Part shown: in pieces, positions 41,590 to 53,400 of the stretch
How the letters are laid out: the number at the start of each line of letters is the position of its first letter
Numbering within the stretch: the stretch's first letter is position 1
Source: Acholeplasmataceae bacterium
Lineage (GTDB): Bacteria > Bacillota_I > Bacilli_A > Acholeplasmatales > Acholeplasmataceae
Reading direction: 5' to 3'
DNA: 64,000 nt
Assembly: GCA_963667565.1 (NCBI GenBank)
Contig: OY763415.1
Span: 704,001-768,000 of the forward strand
Notes under the pieces: model-generated
The model's input: only the letters and a program-made list of their open reading frames with translations
Told to the model about the DNA's origin: nothing
Databases searched by the model: none
Made by a program: the position numbers and the translations under genes

Positions 41590-42427
41590 TTCGATTAACC
41601 CCCTTATATTTATCTAGTTTTTTAATGTAGAATACGATGCCTAGTATAATCAGTGATAAAACAATAGCAACTGCTGATCCATAACTGATTTTTCCACTAA
41701 TCTTGACTTTTTGTTCGATGAGTGTACCTATCATATAAATGTTTTGACTTGGTGCTAAATATTGAGGCACAATAATTGTGGTTGCTGCTGGTAAAAACAC
41801 CATCAAAATACCTGAAACAACACCCGAAAGCGATAAAGGTAATATTACACGAGCAAATGTTTGTGTTTTAGATGCACCTAAATCAGCAGATGATTCTAAT
41901 AAATTTTTATCTATTTTAGCAAGTATTGCATAAATAGGTAAAACCATAAATGGTAAATAAACATAAATTAATCCAATCACTACACCAGCTGCACTATTAA
42001 TTAAAAATGGAAATAACATTCTAAATATTTGTTCTAATGCTCGAACACGTAATAGTGTATTAATCCACATCGGTGCATTAATTAAGATGAGCATGGTTGC
42101 AGCAGTTCTTGGACGCATTTTAGTTAATAAATAGGCAAGTGGATATCCTATAAACAATGAACCAATGGTTGTTGCAAATGCAATCCATAAACTATTCGTC
42201 ATTGATCGTACAAATGCTGATTCAGATAGGAATGATTGATAATTTTCTAGTGAAAAATTAAATGGAAATATGGATGTCGACGTTGTATCAGATTGAAATG
42301 ATGCTAAGATGAGTAAAAAGATAGGTATAACGACAAGTATAAATAGAATGATATAGTATGGAATGCCTAAGTAATGATCAAATCTAAACTTAGATTTATT
42401 CTTCTTTGATGGCATTAAATGTTGCAT
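41570..42427 (-). CDS. potB: Polyamine ABC transporter permease
   Basis: 'GYPLAY', 'PMWINTLLR', 'YLPFMVLPIY', 'ESSADLGA'; the ATG overlaps the potA stop (TAATG). Confidence 0.92.
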   Translation of the reverse strand: MQHLMPSKKNKSKFRFDHYLGIPYYIILFILVVIPIFLLILASFQSDTTSTSIFPFNFSLENYQSFLSESAFVRSMTNSLWIAFATTIGSLFIGYPLAYLLTKMRPRTAATMLILINAPMWINTLLRVRALEQIFRMLFPFLINSAAGVVIGLIYVYLPFMVLPIYAILAKIDKNLLESSADLGASKTQTFARVILPLSLSGVVSGILMVFLPAATTIIVPQYLAPSQNIYMIGTLIEQKVKISGKISYGSAVAIVLSLIILGIVFYIKKLDKYKGVNRNELEEK

Positions 42428-43713
42428 TACCATTGCTCCATAACATGTAAATCTTCTGGGCCAAACATTAAATCGACTTCCGTATTTAATGCTTGGTAAT
42501 CCGTCGTATGAATGGTATATATTCTATCTTTAGTCTTCACATCAATTTCATAATGCACGCCTTTAAAAGCGACACTATCAACGATACCTGTAAGTTTGCC
42601 TTCACCTTTTTTTACAATATCAATATCCTCAGGTCTTATGACGATATCAACAGTTTCATTTCTTGAAAAACCTTTATCAACACAATCATATGTTTGCCCA
42701 TCAAAGCTTACGAGTAAATCATCAATCATTGTTCCTTCAATGATATTTGATTCACCAATAAAATTTGCTACAAAACGGTTAATAGGTTCATTATATATAT
42801 CTTCAGGTGTTCCAATTTGATAAATCTCACCTTGATTCATGACAACAATTTTATCACTCATTGTGAGTGCTTCTTCTTGATCATGAGTAACAAATATAAA
42901 TGTGATACCTGAAGATCTTTGAATCTCTTTTAATTCATATTGCATCTCTTGTCTTAATTTTAAATCAAGAGCAGCAAGTGGTTCATCTAAAAGTAATACT
43001 TTTGGTTCATTAATTAACGCACGAGCAATGGCAACCCTTTGTTGTTGTCCACCTGATAATTTATGAACAGGTCTGTTTTCATAACCCTCTAAACCTACCA
43101 TTTTTAAATATTTTTTTACTTTTTCAGTGATTTCTTTTTCTCTAGAACGTTTTGTTATAAATTTTGATTCTAATACTTGTATTTTTTCTTGAACTTCAGT
43201 ATTATTTGTTTCATTTAAGCTCAATTTTAAAGATTCAATTTCTTTCTTTAAAGCACTATTTGGGTCTTTTAATTCTTTAATCAGTTCTTGTTGTTCTTTT
43301 TTTAAACTTTTGATTTCAACAGAATCTCTTGTTGCTTTTATTTTTTCTTGATATGTTCTTTGAACTTTTCTAATTTCTTCCATTGTCTTAAGTGATTCAT
43401 TTTTAACTCTTAATCCAAAAGCAACATTCTCAAATACATCTAAATGAGGAAAAAGCGCATAACGTTGAAAAACTGTATTTGTTGGTCTGCGATGTGCTGG
43501 TGTTTCTAAAATAGAATTCCCATCAAATAAGACTTCACCTGCACTTGGTTCAACAAAACCACCTATAATTCTAAGTGTAGTCGTTTTACCACACCCTGAA
43601 GGTCCAAGTAATGTTACAAACTCATTTTGATGAATTTCTAAGTCGATACCTCTTAAAACGACTTGTCCATTAAATTCTTTAGTTACATCTTTTAGTTCTA
43701 TGAGCGCTGCCAT
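42427..43713 (-). CDS. potA: Polyamine ABC transporter ATPase with a coiled-coil insertion
   Basis: GPSGCGKT, '[13 protein letters not shown]', LSGGQQQR, 'THDQEEAL'; ATG after AAGGAGG. Confidence 0.94.
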   Translation of the reverse strand: MAALIELKDVTKEFNGQVVLRGIDLEIHQNEFVTLLGPSGCGKTTTLRIIGGFVEPSAGEVLFDGNSILETPAHRRPTNTVFQRYALFPHLDVFENVAFGLRVKNESLKTMEEIRKVQRTYQEKIKATRDSVEIKSLKKEQQELIKELKDPNSALKKEIESLKLSLNETNNTEVQEKIQVLESKFITKRSREKEITEKVKKYLKMVGLEGYENRPVHKLSGGQQQRVAIARALINEPKVLLLDEPLAALDLKLRQEMQYELKEIQRSSGITFIFVTHDQEEALTMSDKIVVMNQGEIYQIGTPEDIYNEPINRFVANFIGESNIIEGTMIDDLLVSFDGQTYDCVDKGFSRNETVDIVIRPEDIDIVKKGEGKLTGIVDSVAFKGVHYEIDVKTKDRIYTIHTTDYQALNTEVDLMFGPEDLHVMEQW

Positions 43714-43725
43714 ACGTTCCTCCTT

Positions 43726-43820
43726 AGTGTTTACTCCGATTAAACGGATATGTTTCATACGGTTTTATAAGTTTAGTAATAATAAACCATTAGTTAAACT
43801 ATCGTAAACCGAACCACACT
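43726..43820 (-). promoter_or_regulatory. Candidate structured 5' leader of potABCD
   Basis: Nested complementary segments between a TTGACA-16-TATAAT promoter and the RBS (see findings). Confidence 0.4.
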
Positions 43821-43955
43821 TATTATATTACATAATAAAGATATGTCAACATTAAAACTTTAAAAAATAAATATGCATGAAAAACAGTTTTTAAAGACGA
43901 TATGATATAATTAAAATATATTAATTTTTTAACCACATCATAGAGGACTGATTTT

Positions 43956-44432
43956 ATGCTTAACTTATCTCTTCAAATGCTAAAAACAAAAAAATATATG
44001 ATTCAATTTATATTGTTTTTATCCTTTTTTATTCTCATTTATTTTATTATTGATCATCTTAACATGACATATCAAGAGATGGCTACTTCTTATGGGGTTT
44101 ATCTTGTCATCATCAATATCATTCTAAATTTAGTTATGTCCGTCTTAAGTGCATTTTTAATGCATATGAGTACATCAATGGTCGAACTAAAAGGCAAAGA
44201 AGGCAAAGGTTCATCATTAGGATTTTTATCAATTCTATTTGGTATACTAACTTATGGTTGTACATCTTGTGTAATAGCATTTTTTGCTAGTATAGGCATT
44301 GCATTTTCTGTGATTGCACTTCCATTAGCAGGTCTTCCATATAAATTTATTTCACTTATTTTAATTATTATTGGTTTATTTGTTATTAGATATCAATTAG
44401 AACATGGGAAATGTAGAGTTAAATTAGATTAA
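43956..44432 (+). CDS. Hypothetical 4-TM protein with an intramembrane CxxC
   Basis: 'LTYGCTSCVIAF' and a C-terminal 'GKC'; has its own terminator. Confidence 0.75.
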   Translation: MLNLSLQMLKTKKYMIQFILFLSFFILIYFIIDHLNMTYQEMATSYGVYLVIINIILNLVMSVLSAFLMHMSTSMVELKGKEGKGSSLGFLSILFGILTYGCTSCVIAFFASIGIAFSVIALPLAGLPYKFISLILIIIGLFVIRYQLEHGKCRVKLD

Positions 44433-44450
44433 GGCTTCGGCCTTTTTTTT
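44431..44450 (+). terminator. Terminator with a UUCG tetraloop
   Basis: AAGGC-TTCG-GCCTT followed by Ts. Confidence 0.85.
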
Positions 44451-44451
44451 A

Positions 44452-44501
44452 TTGACTTTTTTATAGAATAAGCATAAAATATAAATATGACAAGGTTGTC
44501 A
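44452..44501 (+). promoter_or_regulatory. Promoter and palindromic TetR operator
   Basis: TTGACT-17nt-TAAAAT, then a perfect inverted repeat TGACAA-GG-TTGTCA (44488-44501) at the predicted start site. Confidence 0.78.
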
Positions 44502-44515
44502 CATGAGGTGATCAA

Positions 44516-45130
44516 ATGGCAAAAGATACGTTTCTTAATTTAGAACAGACAAAAAAGCAGAAAATTATTGAAGCTGCTATTTTAGAATTTTCAAGGACAA
44601 TTCCTGATCACATAAATATTCAAAACATTATTAGAGATGCACAGATTCCAAGAGGCAGTTTCTATCAATATTTTGATAATAAAGAAGATTTGTATCTATT
44701 TATACTCTTATATATAGGTGAGCAAAAACAAAACTTTTTCCTAAACCATATATTAAATACTGACCAACCATTTCTATCATATTTAAAAGATCTATATGCT
44801 CTTTCATATCAGTTCATGATAGAAAACCCTATGTATTATAAAGCTGGAAAAAACATGATGAGTTTTAAGTATTTTGAACAATTTGAAATGCTTAAAAACT
44901 CTAAAGATCAAGCCAATCAATATTACGAAGCACTCATTAAACGCGACCAAGAAAATGGACTCATTGATCCATCCATTGATCCAAAATTACTATCTAGTCT
45001 TACAATTGATTTTATGGATATGAATAAACTAGATACATATTATGAAGCAGGTATGTCAATCGAAGATTTTAATATAAGAATAGATAAAATCATGATGATT
45101 TTAAAGAAAGGAATCGAAAACTATGTTTAA
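44516..45130 (+). CDS. TetR/AcrR-family transcriptional regulator
   Basis: 'TFLNL...K..KIIEAA..EF', HTH 'IIRDAQIPRGSFYQYFDNKEDLY'. Confidence 0.93.
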   Translation: MAKDTFLNLEQTKKQKIIEAAILEFSRTIPDHINIQNIIRDAQIPRGSFYQYFDNKEDLYLFILLYIGEQKQNFFLNHILNTDQPFLSYLKDLYALSYQFMIENPMYYKAGKNMMSFKYFEQFEMLKNSKDQANQYYEALIKRDQENGLIDPSIDPKLLSSLTIDFMDMNKLDTYYEAGMSIEDFNIRIDKIMMILKKGIENYV

Positions 45131-45980
45131 AGTGACAGATTTACATTTTAAGTATCCAAAGAACGAGAAAGAAACGATTCAAGGTATTTCATTTGAAATT
45201 AAAAAAGGTGAAATTTTTGGCTTCTTAGGGCCATCTGGTGCAGGAAAATCAACGACTCAAAAAATTCTGATCAAATTACTAGATCAATATCAAGGCCAGA
45301 TTGAATATGATGAAAAAGACATCCAATCACTAGGTTTCGATTTTTATGAATCCATTGGTGTGAGTTTTGAAATGCCTATTCATTTTTCAAAAATGACTGC
45401 TTATGAGAACATCAAATTTTTCTTAGGACTTTATAAAAAAAATGCGGATGTTGAAACACTCATGAAACAAGTAGGACTTTGGGAAGATAAGGATAAACTC
45501 GTCAGCGAATATTCTAAAGGCATGAAGATCAGACTTAATTTTGTTCGCGCAATGTTAAACAATCCTGAAATGTTATTTTTAGATGAACCAACAAATGGAT
45601 TAGATCCTGCAAATGCGATGATTTTAAAAGATATGATCAGAGCATTTAGAGATCAAGGTGGTACAGTATTTATCACAAGCCATATCATGAGTGATATTGA
45701 TCAAATTTGTGATAGAGTTGCATTTATCGTTGATGGACAAATTAAAGAATTAGATAGTCCTAGAAATTTAAAACTTAAATATGGCACACGTAAATTAAGT
45801 GTTGAATACCAAGAAAATGGTAAACTTGAACATATTGAATTTGAATTAGATCACATTGGTAGAAATGAAAAATTTTTAAAACTCATACAAGAAAAAAACG
45901 TTGAAACCATTCATAGTGGTGAAACTACACTAGAAGAAATATTTATTAAAGTCACAGGTGTAGGTTTAAATCATGCGTAA
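45123..45980 (+). CDS. ABC-2 exporter ATPase (resembles the Rv2688c fluoroquinolone-export type)
   Basis: GPSGAGKST, 'YSKGM', 'FLDEPTNGLDP', 'TLEEIF'. Confidence 0.88.
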   Translation: MFKVTDLHFKYPKNEKETIQGISFEIKKGEIFGFLGPSGAGKSTTQKILIKLLDQYQGQIEYDEKDIQSLGFDFYESIGVSFEMPIHFSKMTAYENIKFFLGLYKKNADVETLMKQVGLWEDKDKLVSEYSKGMKIRLNFVRAMLNNPEMLFLDEPTNGLDPANAMILKDMIRAFRDQGGTVFITSHIMSDIDQICDRVAFIVDGQIKELDSPRNLKLKYGTRKLSVEYQENGKLEHIEFELDHIGRNEKFLKLIQEKNVETIHSGETTLEEIFIKVTGVGLNHA

Positions 45981-46707
45981 ATTTAATCAACTTCTTAAAG
46001 GTGAACTTCAAAGACTGATTAAGTACAAAGTACTTCCAGTAAGTTTATTTGTAGCAGTCATTTGGTTTTTATTTCTTGTATTTATTGAAAATGATGCAAT
46101 TTTCAGTTCATTATTACCAATGATCATTATACTAGACACAACATTAATGAGTATTTTATATACAGGTGCTACACTCTTCTTTGAAAAGTCAGAATCTACT
46201 GCTTCTACACTTTTAGTGACACCTGTAAGCTATCAATCACTGATATTATCTAAAACATTAGCAGGGATCATTCAGACTCTTTTTTCAACTGGACTCATCA
46301 TCATTGCTTTCTATGTTGTTAAAGGGATTGAAATCAATTTATTAATTTTAATTTATACATTAATATTCTCTACTTTATTTCATATACTTTTAGGTTTTAT
46401 AGCGACTTATATGACAAAAGACTTTACTTCATTATTAGTCGTTACAATGATTTATTCGCTAGCGATGATGATACCTACTATTTTAAATGAATTAAATGTA
46501 GCTTTAACAGGTGAGTTTTGGAACTACTTCTTGTTATTAACACCAACAAAGGTATCTATCGTATTAGCTGCCGCTTCATTTGGTGGTAGTATAACGTCTG
46601 AGTTTTATATTTCAATGATTTATTTATTCATTGGATCTTATTTACTATATCAATTTGTCGTATTACCTCACTTTAAAAACTATGTATTAAAACAAGGAGG
46701 TATTTAA
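45973..46707 (+). CDS. ABC-2 exporter permease
   Basis: 6 TMs; 'LFFEK.E.T...LLVTP'. Confidence 0.85.
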   Translation: MRKFNQLLKGELQRLIKYKVLPVSLFVAVIWFLFLVFIENDAIFSSLLPMIIILDTTLMSILYTGATLFFEKSESTASTLLVTPVSYQSLILSKTLAGIIQTLFSTGLIIIAFYVVKGIEINLLILIYTLIFSTLFHILLGFIATYMTKDFTSLLVVTMIYSLAMMIPTILNELNVALTGEFWNYFLLLTPTKVSIVLAAASFGGSITSEFYISMIYLFIGSYLLYQFVVLPHFKNYVLKQGGI

Positions 46708-46708
46708 T

Positions 46709-47425
46709 ATGATTAAACGTATTTTTAAACACGAATTAAACAATCTAACAAGAGATCCTATGTATATCTTCTTTGCATTATTTCCATTTATATTTGCACT
46801 TATTTCTGTTTATTTAATGCCTTATTTAAAAAATAATGCACCCTTGGTAGCATACCAAATGGTATTTATTGTATTCCTTCTTATGAACGGGTTGATCTAT
46901 GGAGCAGTAACAGGATTTACATTACTTGATGATCAAGATGATCATGTGCTTCTAAGTTTAAGAATCACTCCAATTTCTGTAAGATACTATATTTTATTAA
47001 AACTTATTTTTAGTTATCTCATCGGTATTTTAGGAACTGTAGTCCTCATCTTTGCAAGTGGTTTTTATAAAGAAATATCAGCATCAATATTTATCATGAT
47101 TGCTTTAATAGGCCCACTTCAAGCACCAATGCTTGCATTGATTGTTAATTTGTTTGCCTCAAATAAAGTTGAAGGATTTGTTGCAATGAAATCAAGTGGA
47201 CTTATTTTGATTGGTCCAATCGCTTCAGTCTTTCTAACGAATTGGACTGAATTACTTGTTGGCGTGCTCCCTGGTTTTTGGTCGACAAAACTTATATATA
47301 GTCAACTTCCAAATACACAGACTTATCTGAATGAACCTTGGCTATATTTTGCTATTGGGATGATAGTTCACTTCATTGTCATTTGGATTGTCTTTAAACT
47401 CTATTGTAAAAAACAGCATATTTAA
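46709..47425 (+). CDS. ABC-2 exporter permease
   Basis: 6 TMs; 'LLDDQDD..L.SLRITP', 'NKVEGF...K'. Confidence 0.85.
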   Translation: MIKRIFKHELNNLTRDPMYIFFALFPFIFALISVYLMPYLKNNAPLVAYQMVFIVFLLMNGLIYGAVTGFTLLDDQDDHVLLSLRITPISVRYYILLKLIFSYLIGILGTVVLIFASGFYKEISASIFIMIALIGPLQAPMLALIVNLFASNKVEGFVAMKSSGLILIGPIASVFLTNWTELLVGVLPGFWSTKLIYSQLPNTQTYLNEPWLYFAIGMIVHFIVIWIVFKLYCKKQHI

Positions 47426-47427
47426 AT

Positions 47428-47463
47428 TAAAAAGCTCAAACATCAAAGTTTGAGCCTTTTTTT
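47428..47463. terminator. Bidirectional terminator closing the ABC operon and the fibre operon
   Basis: GCTCAAAC-atcaaa-GTTTGAGC flanked by A and T runs. Confidence 0.8.
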
Positions 47464-50400
47464 AACTATAAATTTGCCATGCCCAAGTCGTGATATCAGG
47501 TTGATAACCTTTATTCCAACTTGCTGTTGATATATAATATGTCCCATTGTATAAAACAATGTCACCTGTTGTATATAAATTGTAGCTTAACCAGTTTTCA
47601 CTTACTTCATTCCATGAGTCACCTAATCCTGAAATTGGATTATTGTAACTTGCATAGGATGCAAGCGCAACATAATATCTATCTATATAATAAACAATAT
47701 CTCCAATCTCATAAGTAGATACTGATGAGTATATACCGCTTGCATCTTGTAATCCTTGCCATGCACCAGTGCCTGGAGGATTATTAGAATCATATGTATA
47801 ACTACTACTGATGACAATCCAAGTTGTACCATCATATGTGAATCTGTCACCATCAGTATAAGTGTGATTGATGTCTAGTGGTTCTGCAGGTGCTTCATAA
47901 TAAAACAATGCTTGATATCCCCAAGAAGGAGAATTTGGTGTTTCCTCAATAATATGAATAGTTACATAATATCTTCTTGGAATTCTTGAACTCTCAAGAT
48001 AGACTAAATCTTGAATATAAGACTGTTCAAATTCAACTTCGAAACTATATCCCTCAGGTAAATCAACATATACGACGTAAAAACCATACATCGATGTTTC
48101 AAATTGATTGTTATCATATGAATCACTTGATTGGTTGTAGTAAGAGAATAGACCCATAGAGACTAAAATATCATCATATTGCATTTCACCTTGGAAGTCG
48201 CTCGCATATTGATATATATTGACTTTAACAAATACTTGTTCAATTAAATCTTGCGTATCATTTTCAACTGTAATGTCAAATTTGATGTTATTTGTCGCAT
48301 CTTGTACGGCAATATAATAGTCCGTGTAATGTGTTGGATAGTCATTGTAATCTTCTGCATAGATACGATAGTGAATATAGTTAAGTGACTCACCTGTACC
48401 AAAATCAGTAAAATCTGCAGATAGATTTGTTGATTGATATGTATAATCAATGTTTGCTTCATCTGTAACTCTATATATAGATGATCCATCAGGAATATAG
48501 AATGTAGGCATATATGCGGTCAAATCAGTTTCTTGAACTTGTCCAATAATCCAGTAAGATTGATAAGATTCATAAGTTCCATAGTCAATACCTGATGTTG
48601 GTAGTACTGAGATAATTCGAGATGTTGGATTTTCTTCATCAAAATATGCTAAATATTCTGTTGGAGTTACTTCATCGATATCAATGATGGTAACAAATGC
48701 ATCTAATACTTCATCAAAGACTGAATCACTCGCAAATAAAACATTCTTTAAATGTGAATTATCATTTCTTAGTTTAGTCACTTGAAGCTCATTAAATGTA
48801 TAGTGCCATGTAAGTGTTTGACCATTAACACTTGCAACTTGATCATAACTTAATTGATAGAAATAACTACCTTTAGCAGTGCTTTGATTTAAATCAATTT
48901 CATAACCAATATCACTGATTGGATTTGTAAAATAATCAATACCTTCTAGCGCATCTTCACCTGCAACAAGTGGTGTAAATGATGAGTCAATTGTTAAAAT
49001 ATCTTCAGTCGCAAAATATGTATTTAAAAAATCATATTCAACTCTGATTGTTGGACTTTCTTGATATAAAACATTGACATTTGTAACAGGCAAGCTTAAC
49101 GATCCACCGTTTTTATAAACTGCACTTGGATTTTGACTTAATGCACTTTCAATAATATAGTGATTAAATACATTTGTAGAGCCATTTTCTGCCGTTAAAT
49201 GATAAGCAATTGTATATTGATGACGATACCCGTCAACAAGTGAAACAGCAAAAGTGACATAACTAATTTCTGCAAAATTAGAGATCACAAGACCATCTAA
49301 ATAACTTGGAAGTTCATTTGCAACTTCATCATAATAAACATGAGAAATCGATGATAAATTTGTGAAATTAACAACATGAGTTGCTGCTTGTTCACTCAAA
49401 TAATACATACCGTAATCAATATAAGATGTATATGAATTTGATGAAATATCTATGACTTCATCTTGATATGTCATCTGCAAAACATCAGCATTTGCACTTT
49501 CTTGTTTTGAGAAATGAATTCTAAAGATTTCACCCGAAAGCAATGTTAGTTCAATATAATAATCACCACTAGCAAAATCTTCATTAGCTTCAAAAACAAC
49601 TGTTGCTTCTCCATATCCCCACTGACCTGTATCATTGTTAAAATCATTAAGTGTAATGACTTCTCCTTGTGAAAGTTTATATAAAGATGTATAGACTTTA
49701 ACGCCAGTGTTATTATCAAAGACTTCAATATATGGAAGTAATTGAAATTGATTTGAAACATTATAAGTTTCATATGAAATTCTGATGATGCCATTTTGTC
49801 CAGTTGTGTCATAAGATAAATCATTAAGTGCTGTTAAATTATTGACATTGTAATATTGTGGAAGACTTGCAACACCATTAACAAGTAAACTATTGATATC
49901 AGTGATATCTTCATTTGCTGTTCTAATAATTCTTATTTCATAATCCTGATAAGTTGAAGTGTCTGCTTGATTATATTCTTGTGAATAAACTCTTACAGAA
50001 CCATAATGATCTTCAACAGAATCAACATATGTACCTTGACTATCATACATCGAATCATAAACACCATAACTTCTTGGAATAGTGATTAAAGATGTGTCAT
50101 CTGTTCCATTGTATTGAAGTGATGCAGTATCAGAAATCGTATAAGATCCATCTTGGGTATCTGCTTTGAAATAAACACCTGATTCTGGATAGACAAATAC
50201 ACCACTTTGATTGGCTGATAATACATAAGTAACTGGTTCTGTACTAGGCCCTACATATTGATAGAGTGTTGGATAACCTGAAAGTGAGAATGCTTCATAT
50301 GCACCATATCCGTAATTTGCTGTAGTTCTATTGACTCTATAACCTGTAGCATCCCAAAACGTCCACCATAAGAAAGTTGTTTTAACGTGTGGTTCATGTG

Positions 50401-53400
50401 TAAAGACTTGATTTGTCGCATCTACAGCATCCGTAGCCCATGTCAAATCGTAGACAGGTGTATTTCTTGAAGAAGAATCATAAGGTTGTGAATCATAGGT
50501 TGTAAGGTTATATCTACCCGTAGTAGCATATGGACCAATTTCAACCATTTGATCTCCAACTTTTTTATGTGTACCAACCCATGTGTATCCATCAAGTGCA
50601 TTATCACCTGTTAAAAGATTAGCTACTCTTCTTGCTCCAGTAACATATGAGTCTTCAACTTCAATATACCTTGAAACTGTCAATTGTTGATATGACTGTG
50701 ACCCAAGGACTGCAGCATTTGATGGTAGATAATAAGTTAGCATCTTGCGTTCTTGATCGATAACTGGATTTGAAAGTGTTAAACCAGATGCTAATACGTT
50801 ACCATTAACATCTGTTTGTACAATATCTAAATTATATATCGTCGTTGCAAAGCTGACTTTTATTTGGCGCATCTCACTATAGAGTTGATATGCAACAGTT
50901 GATTGTGTTGATGCATCACCAATCCATGAGGTATCTGCAACCGCACTGTCTAAATCGTATGGATCTAATCCTGATAAATCAAAATTGTCAGGAATAAAAA
51001 TACCATTATTAATACCTAAACTAGAAGATAATGCATAGATACCAGGGAAATCATATGTTGTATCTGCTTCAAGTTTATTTAAGATTGAATCGTTAACTTT
51101 AGATGCTGGAATATATTCAATATAATCTTTGATGTATTGATCAGTACCTGCATTTGCAGGTCTAGGTGATCTAAAAGGAAAGAGTTCATAAAACATCCCA
51201 TCATCTGTTTCTGAGACATCATAATATTTAATGACTTGTCCAATATATGATCCTACCCACCCAGAACCTGTATAAAAATAGGTAAATGGCTCTACTGAGT
51301 CATCGCTAGGATTTGTGGTTGCCATGTATTGCACCATGTTAACGAGTACAGTATTTGCATCATCAATACTTCCATTAAATATGGATTGCCAATTTGATGA
51401 TAGGGGTGGTGCACTAGCAAACATATTAATTTTTGCATCAAAATTCAAGAGATATCCAAAGTATATAGAATCAATTGGGTATTGTGTATTACCTGCAAAA
51501 GCCCAAGTACTCGTCCCTGTGTGAATTTTACCTACAACTGCACCGAATGCATATGGCAAAGTTTGCGGTGGAGTTGTAGACATGCTATATGTATACGCAT
51601 GTGTTAATGGATCATAACTTGTGACTTGTCTAATTTTTCCATAGTTAATAAGATTTGAGACATAAACTTCATCTGGATTGATTTTGTCAAATTTAGAATA
51701 ATACATGAATCCAAAAATACCTGCTGCCAAATAACGACTGTAAATATTACCATAGTTAATATTATTTACAACAGATAATATACCTAAACCTAAGATGCCT
51801 GCTGCTTTACTTCTTGTTTCATTTGTGATCGAATAACTTGATTCAGAAGTAAGATTATATGCATATACATCACCGTAGTTAATACTAAACATAATTTTAG
51901 AAAACTGATGATTTGATCCAGTTGATATATCATTACCATTTTCTAATTTATCATTTCTTACTGCAATACCTGCTGCATGTGCATATCCAAGTGTCGAATT
52001 GGATGCAACCTTAATATCACCATTGTTTGCAGCATCTCTTATTTGTGCATATTCAGAAATAAGGGCATAAACAATACCCGCTGCTTCCATTTGGTCATTT
52101 GCTGTTTGTGCATCATTGTAAACTTCAATATTACCTAAGTTAATAGCATTTGTTAAAATACTTTCATTATAAAGTATGATACCAGCAACTTTAACATGAC
52201 CATCAAAATTACCATTCACTAAAATGTTACCAGAATTTAGCATGGTATCAACCGTACCATCAACAGAATTAATATCTATTGATAATGGATCAATTTCTAA
52301 ATCGGTATAGATATCTTGATTTCTATTTGCATATCCCATACCACTTACATATAAGTCATATGCGATATGGTTACCGGCATCTTTTTCGATTGAGATATCT
52401 CCACCTTGATATCCATTTGTGACATAAAATCCTTCTGATGCTTCTAAGAATAAACCGTTAATGTAGAATTTCGCATTTGAAAGTGTACTTGATGTATTAT
52501 GATTCATATAAATTGAAATATCGTTTTCTTGTCTAAGATGGTTCAAACTCAAATGTGTACCATAGACATTAAAAGATAGATAAATGTTTTGGTTTACGAG
52601 TGTTTGTGATGTATAAAAATCAAGATCCCCTGATTGATAGCTTTGCTCAATTGTTAAATTCGTTTGACTAAGTGCTAAGACGTTAGCAGCAAAATAATCA
52701 ATAAAACTTAAATCAAGATTTTGATATGATAAATTAAAAACACCTTTAATTGTTCCGTTTGCTTGATATGTAATTAATCCAAAAGACAAATAAACATCGA
52801 TTTGATTAAGAATAGTTTCTGATAGTGTTGCTTGTGGTGTGAGCGTAATTTCTCCATGATTTGAAATACTTAAGAAATCAATATCATTTTCTTGATCTGT
52901 AACATATCCATATCCAGCAACATAAACATTTGATGGACCAAACATCTTCACATCAATATCACCATTTTGATAAATATAGGAAATACTTTGTGCTAAATCG
53001 TTTTGATATGCTATGATACCACCAACATAAATTTGATCAACTAAGCCAGAGACTTGTGTTAAGATATTTCCAGTATTGATGACTTTATCCATTGACTCTA
53101 TGTTTGCAAATCCAACAACACCTCCATAGTAGGTTGTATTTGTTGGTGTGTTTTGATATGAAAGTCCATGGATATCGATATCACTAATGACATGATCTAA
53201 TGTTAAATGTGTAGCATAGGAAATGATACCAGCAACATAATTTGTTGTCATTCTCTCATTATCATTAACATAAATATTTTCAATATCACCTGTAGCTGTT
53301 GATTGATAAATGCTTGATGAACCATAAGAAATAAGTCCTGATACAAAAAGATTACCCAAACTTTCTTGATCTGCTGTTAAGATCACATCAACATCAACAT

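Noticed and set aside
43714..43758. N-terminal extension [15 protein letters not shown] of PotA, or a leader peptide
   Set aside because: The upstream ATG has no RBS, while the ATG at 43713 has AAGGAGG. Several other track starts (7931, 12039, 13475, 15998, 16636, 28710, 30739 plus strand, 39547, 56284) were shortened for the same kind of reason.
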